Part shown: piece after piece, positions 37,368 to 49,693 of the stretch
Position numbering within the stretch: position 1 is the stretch's first letter
Layout of the letters: every line of letters begins with the position of its first letter
From: Raillietiella orientalis
Lineage: Eukaryota
Direction: 5' to 3'
Assembly (NCBI GenBank): GCA_036172245.1
Contig: JAYWIR010000051.1
Coordinates: forward strand, 1 to 64,000
DNA length: 64,000 nucleotides
The notes under the pieces: generated by a model
Database searches by the model: none
What the model was told of the DNA's origin: nothing
Seen by the model: the letters and a program-made list of their open reading frames with translations, nothing else
Made by a program: the position numbers and the translations under genes

Positions 37368-38749
37368 CGCCGAAACCTGGAGGGAGACGGTTCAGGGGAA
37401 ACTGGTCGCAGAACTCGAGGACTGAGCTCTTCAAGTCGTCTTAGTCCGCGAGCGACTGCAGATGGAAGCCTTGCAGGAACGAGCGAAGATGTTGAACTGC
37501 TCCTGCGAGGCGCAACCAGTCCCCTGGCAAACGCCACGCTGTGGAGGGTGGAGCTCTACCGCGCGGGTATATTTCTATCACGAGCCGGGTATGGTCGGAA
37601 AGTTCGGATGGCACTGCCCCTCGATTTCCCACCCGCGAACACAGGTGGTTGTCCAGGAACATGTGATCGATCCTCGTCTCCGTTTCGGCGTCACCGGCCA
37701 ACAAGTTGCGCGCGTGCATGGCAGCGCACATCTCGTTGACCAGCTGTGCGCGAATGTCGGTCGCACCTGCCAGCAGGTGGACGTTAAAGACACCGGCAAT
37801 GAGGTGCTCCTTTCGCATGTCTAGTTCGGCCAGCCAATCTCGCCGCAGGCCTTCGAAGAACGCCATGCGTTTCCCGCGCCTGTGGCTCGTTCTGGGCGCG
37901 TACACGTTGGTCACGACGAGGTCGATCGCGTCGGACCACTTGGCAACAAGCTGCCCGATTTGACATTCCCCGTCGAAGTGCACGTCGCGCAGCGCATTAA
38001 CGACGGCTGGCTTCAGCATGAAAGCCACACAGCGGGTGCGGTCTCTCCCGTTGTCGTATATGAGCCGCCCGCCTGCGATCCGTTCGATTTCCTGGGCCTC
38101 CTCTGCTTGGAGCACGTGCGTCTCCTGCAGAAGCGCCAGGTCGAAGTCCCGCAGGCTGGCGGCCACTTCTCTCCTCTTGCCGTCGTCGCGCAACCCGTTG
38201 ACGTTCCAACAGATTACGCGCAGTCGCCGGCAGGAGGAGAGTCCACGCGTTGGTGTGTTTATGGTGTTTGCTTCCCGTCCTCCGCCTGCTTTTCAGCAGG
38301 CGGGAGTTGTGTGTCCATTGCGAAGGGGTTTTCCTCGCAAGGAGGCGGTCCGTCGGTGGTTGTGGTGGTGGTTGGAGGATCCTCCTAGGCCAGGGACGCC
38401 TCCGGCGAGGAGTCGCGAGACATCGCGGACATCGCCTCCCCGTCGTCGTGGTCCGACCGCATTTCCTCCTCCGCCGGTGGAGGTGCGGAGCGCCGCGGAT
38501 TGCTACCTTGTGGCCCGCTTTGCGCTTCGGGAGAGCGACAGACGGAGCGTTGCCGGATACGGCTTCGGACTCGGAAGTCTCCGGTCCTTTCGCTTCAGCC
38601 GGACGCCTCAAGGCCTTCTTCTCGGCCTTGGGAGGTTGCTGGAGCATGACTGCCAACTCTTCCGTTGCCTTATTGAAGTCCCGGTCGTCGCTGCTCACGC
38701 TGGGCTCGCGACTTTGTCGCAGCGTCGGCGTTCGCGTGGCGGCGGGACA
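37368..38749 (-). mobile_element. ORF1 C-terminus and APE, cut at GFG (same family as 6650-8515)
   Basis: ORF 37441-38193 (LQETH, NVYAP, IDHMF, SDH); RRPAEAKGPETSESE shared with ORF 6914-7330. Confidence 0.87.
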
Positions 38750-38999
38750 GGCTATGGATCGAGCGCCTAGACGGAATAGCGGAGTCCTTGGTAAGTCCAG
38801 AGCAGACGTATGCTGTTCCGGGGCGGTCGATGGACGCGAATCTCTTCTTCGCGCGAACATGGTTCGAGTTGCAGCAGCGCGTGGCGCAGCAGAGCCAGGC
38901 AGCCGAAATCGCCGCTGCCAAAGGTAAGCGGCGGTGTTCAAGGCAGGATGGAACGCCGGGAGCCTTAGCGTTCGCAGTCGATCTCTGCAAAGCGTTCGA
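38750..38999 (+). mobile_element. Family M RT fragment ending at KAFD; probably continues at 46427
   Basis: SPEQTYAVPGRSMDANLFF...AVDLCKAFD. Confidence 0.8.
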
Positions 39000-40027
39000 T
39001 TTTCACTCGGATTTCGCCTGGGCGTTTATTGTAAAATAAACTTTTACAAACACGTGCGGTGGCTGGACCATTGCTCCAGCCACGCACGAACAAACACAGA
39101 GCCTGCCGGGTCACCGGTTCGCAGACCGGTACGGTCCACCACGGCAGAAGGGGGAAAGGGGAAAAACAAAAAACAAAACAAAAAAGAAAAGAAAAGTTGG
39201 GAGGTTAAGGAAAGGGATCACAGTTGCTGGTGGGGCCGTTGCATCCTTTGCAGGATGCCGGCAAGCTCCTTCTGTATTTCTGGATCCAGGTGAAGCCATC
39301 GGGACGCCCTCCTCAGGAACTGGGAGGCTGGCTGAATGGCACCCTGGTCGCGTTGTCCTCCCGTAGCCTTGCTCCAAGCGGTGACGATCCCGCGAAGGCA
39401 GCACAAAGCTGCTAACGAGGCCGCGGGCCGAAGGGCGTCGGCAACGAACAGGGCCTTCAGTGCGTCCCTGGGGTTGCTGCAGGGGATTCCGATGGCCGCG
39501 GCAAACCGAAACTATAGGGGCCGAAGGGCAACACAATCCACTAGCAGGTGGGGGAGGGAATCCCGTTCCCCACACCTGACGCAATTGGAATCCACCGCTC
39601 CCCAGGTCCATTGGTGTCGGCGGCCGTTGCAGAAGAGTCCCCAGTGCTGCAACAGTAGAGCCGACTCCTGCCATTTTAAGGGGAGGGCAAAAGGGGGCAA
39701 CTTCAGATGTTCAGTGGGAACATCGAGCAGCGCACCCCAGCGCAGAAGTCCATTGGGAGGCGTACTCGGGGTCGCAGCGTCTGTTAACTGGCCCGTCTTC
39801 CACTCTCCTATCTTCTTCTCCTTTCCGGAGATTGTTACTGTAACCACCCACTTCGCCGCAACATCGCTGTCCAGATCTTCCATCAGAGAGGGCAGCGCAG
39901 CAGCGAGGGGGGTTCTTCCTGCCCACGCTCTCTTCTTTGGATCCTCCAGGATCTCGCGGAGCGTGCAACTTCGGTAACCCCCAAACAGGAACCTTCGTTT
40001 CTCTTGAAAGCGTTGCATGCCGAACTG
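39000..40027 (-). mobile_element. Family K 3' end
   Basis: Near-identical to 49694-50742; terminus at 39000-39030. Confidence 0.88.
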
Positions 40028-43000
40028 AAGTCGTCCGCAACTACTGTCGCGGAAGCCTCCGAAAATCGCAAAGGCGAATGGAAAATTGTGGAGAGGACGA
40101 AAGAAAAATCTCCAAAAAAGGCTCCGCAACCTCCATCCGTGAGCTCTTACAAAGGAAAAATGCATTCGCGAAAATACGAAAACATGCGCATCTTGTGACT
40201 TTTCCAAGGAAAAAGCCAGCGCCTTCAACGCGTGCAAGTCCGCTTCTCTGACCGCCGAGAAGACCATTCCGGTGCAATCGGACGGATGCAAGCGCACGTC
40301 GATCGTGCCACCATCAGGATCCGCAAAGGAGTCCGATAGCGCAGCTCAACGACGCGTTACTCGCGCGGGAGCGAGCGCCCGCAGGGATGAAGCCCTGAGG
40401 CGTGACACACTCGCCGCGGAACGGCGAGTGCTCACTCCGGATCCCACAGGTTCTGCACCCGGGGAGGAGCATCCGATTACGTGCAGCACAGTTGAGGCCG
40501 GTGGCGACCGCGCCCTCCAGCCCGTCGTGCTGCTTCGTGCCCGCTCGCTGGGTGAGGCGAGCACCACGGCCTCGCTTTCCCAGCCGTGATGAGGGCAATC
40601 GCGTCTTCTCGTCGTGTTGCCGTAACGTCTTGGAACGTCAACGGGCACCAACACGAGGAGAAAAGGCGACTAGTGGCTGACGCTCTGCGCGCCTTCGACT
40701 TGACGCTCCTGCAGGAGATTCACAGCATCTCCGGAGAGCAGACTGCCGCAATCGAACGGCGCGCGGGCGGAACGCTACTTTATAGGTGCGGCGTTGCACG
40801 TACGTGCGGCGTCGCTTTCCTCGTGCGAGGAACTTTGGCGGGAGCGGTGCGCAGCGTTCGTTTCGACACGGAAGGCCGAGTGGGACAGCTTGTATCCAAG
40901 TGGTCCGACTCGATCGACCTTGTCGTAACCAACGTGTACGCGCCGAGCGGTGGTGGACGATGGGCCGAAAGGATTGAGTTCTTCGGTACCCTTCAAAGCC
41001 AGTGGCTCACTCGATCTCACCCTACTGTGGCCCATCTCATTGCGGGGACTTTAACGTCCACCTGCTTTCCGAGAATAGATCCCACATAAGGGAAAAGTTG
41101 CTAGCGGAAGAGATGTGCGCGTACGTGCACGCGTGCAACTTGTTCTCTAGCGACCCTGTTATGGCAGCAACGCCGGACCACGTATACCTTGATGAACACT
41201 TCCTCTGTCGAGTGGGTCGGAGAGGTCCCGTGCCGTCCGTGCTTTCAGACCACAACAGGCTCGAGTTCGAGTTGCTCCCGCCAGGCAAGGGGCCTCCAAA
41301 CTGTTTTTGGAGGATTCCGGCAGACTGGCTAAGCCACCCGGAGGCGGCTGAGCATCTTCGCCAGTACCTCCTCAGCTTTGCCATAAGTGAGCTTGAGGTC
41401 TGGGACGATCTGAAAAGATCGGTCCGCGAGTTCTGCTGCCGGTTTCCCTGGCACCAGCTTCCGCGCGGCTTCGGAGAAGGCGTAGCCAACAGCAGAGATC
41501 TTCTGCTGGCCCGCTTTTTTTCCAGGCGCGCGGACGTTGTCGATTATCCAATTACAAGGCCAAGGCCGAGCGCCAGTTCTGGCAGTCAGTGGAGGCAGTT
41601 CTGCTCGTCGACAAGGACCGGGAATGCTCGGCGCCAGCCTACGTGCGACGGATAGTCAGGCGCTATTACTCTTCTCTGTATGCAGAGGCACCGACGGAAC
41701 GCAGCCTCTCCCGGCTGCTTCTGCCGATTGATGCACCTGTTGTAGACGAGGAGGAACGCGCGCGTCTTGATGAGCCCTTCACGGCAGAGGAAATTTCCTC
41801 GGCCATCTCGGGGCTCAAGAGACGAAAAGCGCCAGGCGAAGATGGGCTCCCCGCGGAATTCCTTCAGTGTTTTGTGGCGGAGCTCATCCTTCTGGTGCTC
41901 CAACTCTCGTGGCTGATGCGAGACTCGGGCAATGTCCCCGCCCCGTTTCGCTCTGCGAAGGTGCGTGCACTGCCGAAAGGCGGAGATTTGCGCCAACTGA
42001 ACAACTGGCGTCCGATCACATTAGTGAATTCGGACGTCAAGTTGTTCTCGAAACTTTGGGTGGCGCGGATGGGTAGGATCGCGGAATCCTTGGTAAGTCC
42101 GGAGCAGACGTACCCTGTTCCTGGGCGGTCCATGGACGCGAATCTCCTGTTCATCCGCACATGGCTGCAATTGCACCATCGTGTGGGGATGGATCGTCGT
42201 GTGGAAGCGACGCCTTCGATCTCTCACCGAAGGAGGCGCGGGACGCAAAGGGAGACACCGAGAGCCTTGGCGGTTGCAGTCGATCTGCACAAAGCTTTCG
42301 ATTGCGTGAACCAAAAGCTTCTTCTTGAGCTTTTGGAACGTCTGGGTCTTCCGGCATCCCTGTTGGCGTACTTGCGCTCCTGCTGGCGCCACGCGATTAC
42401 ATCCATTATTTTCAGTGACTGTCGCGTGTACGGCGTGCCGGTACGACGAGGAATTAGGCAGCGTGAGGCTTAAGCCCACTGCTCTTTAGCATCCATTTTG
42501 AATTGGTGCTGGAGGCTTACAGGCTGATGCTAGCCAACCTGCCGAGCTCCTGTCCAGGTACGCCAGCCGTGGCAGCCTATGCCGACAACCACCTTCTCCT
42601 GTTGCCCTTGTCCATCCCGGCGACATCGCTTGAAGTCTTCTTTGAGTTGATTAGTCGCGGTGCGGGCGTGAGCGTCAACAGGAGTAAGTGTATGGTTGTT
42701 CCGTTGGGTACGACGTGGGAGGGGCAGTCCGACTGGATCGGCCTGAGAATCCCCACGGGCAGGTACCTCAGGTACCTTGGCGTGCCGGTGGGCGACTTCT
42801 GCGTCTCAGAAGCGTGTTCGGACTGCCTTCGGAAGGCAGAGCGTGCACCTTGCCCGTTTTCAGGAGGCGAGTTCGTCTTGCCGGAACGGGCCAGCATCTG
42901 GAACACCTTCGTTGCCCCCCTCCTTCGCCCCCTGTTTTCTGTTTGTCCACCCCCCCAGGAAGTCAAAGTCTGGGCGCAGCGACTTCTACGCAAAGCGTTG

Positions 43001-44494
43001 TGGGCCGCTGCTAGATTCTGTGTTAGACTTAAAGACTTGGTGGCGCCGCGTCAGGATGCAGGCTTGGGCATCCTCGACTTAAACAGCATCGAACTGCAGG
43101 TGCAGTTCCGCATGCTGTTGCTGTGTGCGAAGGCTGTGGTGTACGCCGTGGTGCTCACCCGCACGCCTTATACTGAGGCGCTGCTCGTGAAGCCAGGGAC
43201 TGATTTCGGCACACCAGAATTGGGATTGGCTTTCCGCTAAGGCAGCTTTCCTGATTGCTGGAAGCCCAAAGCTGGAAATTCTGCCGCCTCATGAACATTA
43301 ATGCATGGCGGCAGGAATCTTTTTCATCGTTGCAGCTTCCGAAAGAACGAGCCCGGAAGATCTTCGGCGCCTGCGACTTCTCCTCAGTCATCCAATGGAC
43401 GAAGTCATGCAGGACAAGAAGATGTCGGATCGTCTGGCCGCCACACCACTCGCCGCAGCGCTGTCTGCCCTCAGGGCAAGCAACGACGGTTGCCTACTGG
43501 CGGAATGGGAGTTATCCTGCAAAATAGCGGGAATCAGTAAGCTCCTCGGCAGCTGGACGACAAAGGAGCTGGTGCAAGCCGCCACACCTCGGAATCGGGC
43601 GAAGGGACTGCTTCGGTGGAGCGAACATTTAAGTGTGCCCCCCGGAGAGATAGTGGTTCCCCCCGTTTGTTTGGACAGCTCCGTGTTCCCCCTTAAGTGG
43701 AAACAAGATGTGCTGCTCTTTTTACATTGTGCATTTCACTGTAATAGGCAGCGAAGCATCGTTTCCGGGGGAGCTGCTTTGCCAAACTGTTTAAGGTGCG
43801 GAGAGATCGAGTCTTTTTCACATCTTTTGCTGGACTGCGGTGACCTCCGGGAACTGTGGCGAAGTCTCACTTCGGCCATCATGCCACAAGGAGGCACTGC
43901 CATTGATGTGCTGCGGCGCTTCTTCAGCAGAAATGGACTTTCGGTTGGCGCGATTGTCGCAACCATGTGTTGCGTTCGCGCCATCGTGAAGGCCCGCTAC
44001 GCCCTAGAGTTGTCAGCGCAGCGAAAGGAGGCTCACCTGCTTGCAGCTCAACTCATGGAGAAGGCTTCAAGCTGGTCTCATCTTCGTCACAAGGTGAATG
44101 AGGACATCACCGGCATACATCGCCGGTTTACACATCTTTGAGAACGGCGTAATCTGGTCACCCCTGCGACCTCTCGCCCACCCATACCCCGTCCTCGTTC
44201 GCTCGGTAAAATTTCCGGTGCCCCTGCTTTTCTCCCCGTGTCTTCCAGAGCGATCCCAAAGACCCTTATCCCGTCCTCCTTATTTATTGTTTTTATTTCA
44301 TTTTGGTTTCTTTGTGTTCCCCGCCCCCCCACACCGTTCACAAAACTGTTACTCTCTCCTGCGAGCCAGCAATCTTCTCTTCATTCTTGTTCAGTCGTCG
44401 GTTGGGAGTTTGGTTCTTAACTGGTTTATTTTGTATAATTGCTTTTTTTGGTTATGTTATATGGAATAAACGCCCCGGCGTGACCGGGTGAGAA
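40028..44494 (+). mobile_element. 5'-truncated family M copy (ORF1 C-terminus, frameshifted ORF2 40589-44141, terminus)
   Basis: ORFs 40586-41089, 41002-41655, 41589-42473, 42503-43240 (YADN), 43305-44141; terminus ends 44494. Confidence 0.88.
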
Positions 44495-46426
44495 ATCTCT
44501 TGCGCTTGTTCTGCAGAGATCACGTAGATCTCCTGCAGCAGCGCAAGGTCATAGGACTTTAGAAGGGCGGCCATGTCTCGTCTCCTGCCGGCGTCTGTCA
44601 TGCCGTTCACGTTCCAAACCGCGATGCGCAGACGACGGCGTGAGGAGATTCCCGGCATTACTGCTGGGAAGATTAAGGTGCGGGGGAGCCCTCCTCTTGC
44701 GAGGCGGGCGGGATGTCCATGGGGGTTTCGGCCTTCTCAGGCACCTGAGGCACCTGTTCGGCCTCCACCCCCTCCATCCCCTCCGTGTCCGCGCGTGGGA
44801 GTCTCTCGGGCGACGTGTCCCGAGAGTTTCCCACGCTCATGGCACCCTCGCTTGCGGAAGCCATCTCTTGCCCTTCCACGGGGGAGACGAGCTTCCTTGG
44901 ATTTGTGGACTTACGTCCAGCCTTCTGGCGCGGTGCCGTGGAAACGGAGGCTGCGTTTCCGGCCTCCACCTCGGGGTCGGAAGTGGGGGACTCCTGAGGG
45001 GAGGCCGGACGCCTTACGGCCTTCTTGTCAGCCTTGGAGGGTTCTGGCTGCTACGAGGCTGCCAGTTCCTCCGTGGCTCGCGCGAAGGCTACGTTATCGA
45101 TGATGGTGTCGATGACGGACGCCGCCGCCGGCTTGCTCCCCTCGCTGTTGACTGTGTCAACAGATTGGAGGTCGTCGGTAGCGGCGAGTTCTTTCCGGCA
45201 GCGTTCGGCAACATCGAGAACGCGTTCGAAAACGACGCTGCACTCTTTAATAATCGCGCTACCCTGCTCTTTCTGCTTCTGTTGGTAGGCGATTTTCTTT
45301 TCCATCCTCCTCTCCTTCTTTGATTCTTTGGCCGTTGTCACTTGCCACCCAGTCTCCTGACCGGCTCCCTCAACTTTTTCGGCGTTGATCGCCGGGGTCT
45401 CGGGTGCGGCCTGGGTCTTGGGCGCTGGTGGCACAACCTTCGCGGCAGCTTTCGCCGCCAGCCTTTTCTGTAGAATCCGGGCGCGTTTTTTAAGGTTTCT
45501 CTTGGAAACCATTCGCACTGCTGCTTTTGGGCACACCTCCCTCGTGTGGCCCATTGTGCCGCATACTTGGCACTGCACATTGGGACACCTCTTTTTGAGT
45601 TGGCCCGACGTATTGCAGAAGCCGCAGTATTTCGGCTTCCCTACATACCAGAGGTCGACGGTTTCGCCTTCGACCACCAGTTTGTGGGGAAGAGTGCAGC
45701 CCTCCCGAACGGTCACGCGCGCAGCAGTGAGGCCGTGCTGCAGCCCCGTGTAGTCCTCGAAAGGACCAACTTTCGTCCACTGCGTGTGGACCGTTCCGTA
45801 TTCCTCCAACGCGGCGCGAACCTGTTCCTTGCGCTTCCGCGCGGTAACACCTAACAGGTGGACCACCATGCTGCGGTCCGCCGTAATAGGGAGGAGCCTG
45901 CGCGTCTCCATCACAACGGGGGTTTTAAGCAGTCGTTGGGGCAGCTCTGCTTGTTTGCAGATGACCTCAACGTACTGACCCCCACTGCGGATGGTCATCG
46001 TCCTGAGCTCCTCCTCTTTCACATCGAGAGCGCGCATGCCCTTCGAGAAGACGCGCGCGCTCTCTAAAGAATATAAATTGCCTACCTTGTAGAACAATGA
46101 GGGGTTGTACCCTCCTCTACATAGGACGACAATTCCGCCGCGGCAGCAGGCGATGCCGCCGACACAACGGCGCTCCACGCCCGCGCTGCAGCGGGGACCG
46201 ATTCTGTGGGGGCGGATGCCCCCCCTCCATCGCTTCCGGGGGCGACGTTGCCGCCGCCCCCTGGCTCTCCATCGTTTCTAGAGGCGGCGTTTCCGCTACC
46301 CTCTGGCCATCCCTGGTGGTCGCGTCAGGCATCGATGCCTGATCGACCACCGAACCACACGACGCTTGCACTGGGGGAGACTTCCTAGCACGAGGAGCAC
46401 CGAGAAAACACGTCCACCCTGGAGCA
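44495..46426 (-). mobile_element. Family K 5' end, ORF1 and APE start
   Basis: ORFs 45051-46178, 44673-44969, 44452-44658 (MPGISSRRRLRIAVWNVNGMTDA). Confidence 0.88.
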
Positions 46427-48483
46427 CGCAAGGCGTTAGACAGTTTATACCAGGACCTCCTTCTGGCGCTTCTGGGACGCCTAGGCCTCCCGACGCACCT
46501 CCTCGCCTACTTGCGCTCCTGCTGGCGCCATACGTTATGCTGTATCTCTTTCAGCGGGCGCCACGTGTACGGTATTCCCATACGGCGGGGTATCAGGCAG
46601 GAAGACAGCTTAAGCCCCCTGCTCTTCAGCATCTTCTTTGAGTTGGTGCTGAGGGCGTACAGGCTGACGCTGGCCAACTTGCCGAGCTCCTGCCCGGGAA
46701 CACCGGTCGTGGCCGCGTATGCTGACGACCTTCTCCTGCTGCTGCCCATGTTAACCCCGTCGTCCAGGCTCGAGGACTTCTTCGAGCTCATTCGTCGGGG
46801 AGCGGGCCTGAGCGTAAACAGGACGAAATCAACCGTTGTACCGGTTGGCTCCACCTGGGTGGGGCAGTCCGACTGGATCCGCCTGGAGATCCCCACGGGC
46901 AGGTGCTTGAAGTACCTCGGCGTTCCCTTGGGCGCCTTCTGTCCAGCAGAAGCGTGGTCGGACTGCCTTCACAAGGCCGAGACTGCTCTGGGCCCGTTCC
47001 AAGGCGGCAGGTTCCTCCTGTCGGAACGGGCCTTCGTGTGAAACATTTTCGTTGCCCCCCTCCTCCGTCCCCTCTTTTTTGTTTGTCCCCCTCCCTACTC
47101 GGCTAAGCGCCGGGCGCAACGCCTGTTGCGTTACCCCCTTCAGGTCCAGGATATGCCTGAAGGAGTTGGCAGCTTCTAGGCGGGATGCAGGATTGGGCAT
47201 CCTGACGCTGGAGCGGATCGGGCTTCTAGTGCAGTTCCGCATGCTGGCACTTTGTGCGCAGCTCTGGACTACTTCCTGGTGTGCTCCATCGCGGCTGCTG
47301 CTACGGCGCTGAACGGGTGGCGACGGACTACGTTCGTTGCATCTGCGCACGGAGCGCGTCCAGAAAGGATTCGGCTGCCCCCTGAAGCAGCTCGCCACGC
47401 TTCTGGGAAAGTATGAGTGGATCTCTTGCCGGCCGACGAACTTCAACGCCTGGAGGCAGGAAGCCTTATCGTCCTGGGCAGCGCAACAGGATGTGTCCCG
47501 TTTGGAACTCCGTTGCGTGAAACTTTCCCCATACTGTCCAGTGGGGGAGGTGCTGGAAGACCAGGACCAGTGGACACGCCTAGCCGCTACGCCACTCGCC
47601 GAAGCACTGTGTGCACTGATGGTGCGAGATGACAGTGACCTGCCGGCGAGGTGGGAGATCACCTGCGAAATTGCAGGCGAAACCCGACTGCTGGGCAGCT
47701 GGCGGACTTGCGAAGTGGCAGACGCTGCCACACCTCGCATCCTTGCAAAGGGGCTTCTCCGGTGGAGTGAGCTCCTCGGGGTGCCCACCGATGAACTTGT
47801 GGTCCCTTCTGCGTGTTTGGACGCGACTCTCTTCCCCCTTCGGTGGAAGCAGGACGCTTTTCTGCTGGTGCATTGGGGTTTGTACTGCAACCAGCGGGCG
47901 CACCTGATTTCCGGGGGAGTTGCTTCCCCGAACTGTGCCAAATGCGGAGCGGTGGAATCGCTTCCGCATTTGCTGTTTGAGTGCGGTGCCCTCCAGGAGC
48001 TGTGGCAGCGGCTGTCTTCAGCGCTCCTTCACCCTGGAAATACCGCACTGGATTGGATGGGCCGCTTCTACACGCGTGGCGGACTTTCTCTTGGAGCGGT
48101 CGTCCCAATCATCTGCTCCATCCGCGCCATTGTCAGGGCCCGCCACGCACCGCACATGCGAGCAGTCCCAACATCGGTCCCCGACACCGCAGCCTGCAAC
48201 CTGCAAATGGCTGCCGGGTGGCCACATCTTGGAGCCGAATTGAGGACGGAGATCGGCGGCATTCACCGCCGGTTCTGAGAATAGGAACGGTTAGACTGTG
48301 TACCCCTGTCCCCGCCCTCCCACCCAATTCATTTATTTATTTTCCCACCCCCTCCCGTTCCGAAATCTCAGTGTACCCGGCCTGCGTTCCGGGAATCTAC
48401 TCCCCATTCTCTGTTCCCCTTGCCTGGGAACACAGTTCCCAGTTGATATTAAGAATGAGAGTCCCGGCGCAACCGGTAATAAA
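46427..48483 (+). mobile_element. Family M-like 3' half starting at RKALD
   Basis: ORFs 46511-47041 (YADD) and 47337-48278 (CAKCGAVESLPHLLFEC); variant terminus CCCGGCGCAACCGGTAATAA near 48463-48482. Confidence 0.83.
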
Positions 48484-49679
48484 CGAAAACGCTGCATTCT
48501 TTAATTTGCTCGCTTGCCTGCTCTTTTTTCTGGCGGTACGCGAGCTTTTTCTCCATCCTCCTCTCCTTCTTTGATTTTTTGGCGGTTGCCACTTGCCACC
48601 CAGGCTCCTGGCTAGTTCCCTCGACTTGTGCGGCGTTGCTCGCCGCGGTCTCGGGTGCGGCCTTGGTCTTGGGCGCAGGTGGCATAGCCTTCGCTGCAGC
48701 CTTCGCCGCCAGTTTCTTCTGCAGCAGCCGGGCGCGTTTTTTATGGTTTCTCTTGGAAACCACACGCACTGCTGCTTTTGGGCACACCTCCCTCGTGTAA
48801 CCCATTGTGCCGCATACTTGGCACTGCACGTTGGGACACCTCTTTATGAGGTGGCCCGATGTATTGCAGGAGCCGCAGTATTTCGGCTTCCCCACATACC
48901 AGTGGTCGACCGTTTCGCCTTCGACCACCAGTTTGTGGGGAAGAGTGCAGCCCTCCCTAACGGTTACGCGCGCAGCCGCGAGGCCGTGTTGCAGCGCCGT
49001 GTAGTCCTCGAAAAGACTATCTTTCGTCCACTGCGCGTGGACCGTTCCTTATTCCTCCAACGCGGCGCGAACCTGTTCCTTGCGCATCCGCGCGGTTACA
49101 CCTAACAGGTGGACCACCGTGCTGCGGTCCGCCGTACTGGGGAGGAGCCTGCGCGTCCCCATCACAACAAGGGTTTTGAGCAGTCGTTGGGCAAGCTCTG
49201 CATGTTTGCAGATGACCCCAACGTACTGACCCCCGCTGCGTATGGTCATAGCGCTGAGCTACTCCTCTCTCACATCGAGAGCGCGCATGCCCCTCGAAAA
49301 GGCGCGCGCGCTCTCTAAAGAATAAACGTTGCCTACCTTGTAGAACAATGAGGGATTGTACCCCTCCTCTACATAGGCCGACAATTCCGCCGCGGCTGCA
49401 GGCGATGGCGTCGACATAACGGCGCTCCATCCCCGCGCTGCAACGGGGACCGTTTCTGTGGGGGCGGATGCCCCCACCTTCACCGCCTCTGGGGGCGACG
49501 ATGCCGCCGCCCCCTGGCTATCCATCGTCTCTGAGGGCGGCGTTTCCGCTGCCCCCTGGCCATCCCTGATGGTCGCGTCAGGCATCGCTGCCTGATCGAT
49601 CACCGAACCACACGACGCTGGCACTGAAAGAGAATTCCTAGCACAAGGAGCACCGGGAAAACACGTTTGCCCTAGAGCG
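48484..49679 (-). mobile_element. Family K 5' end and ORF1 to ECSV
   Basis: ORFs 49259-49684, 49049-49249, 48449-48928. Confidence 0.87.
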
Positions 49680-49693
49680 CACAAGGCGGTCGA
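49680..49693 (+). repeat. Isolated 14-bp target-site copy (CACAAGGCGGTCGA) between two tandem K elements
   Basis: 13/14 match to CACAAGGCGTTCGA (HKAFD codons); flanked exactly by a K 5' end and a K 3' tail. Confidence 0.8.
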
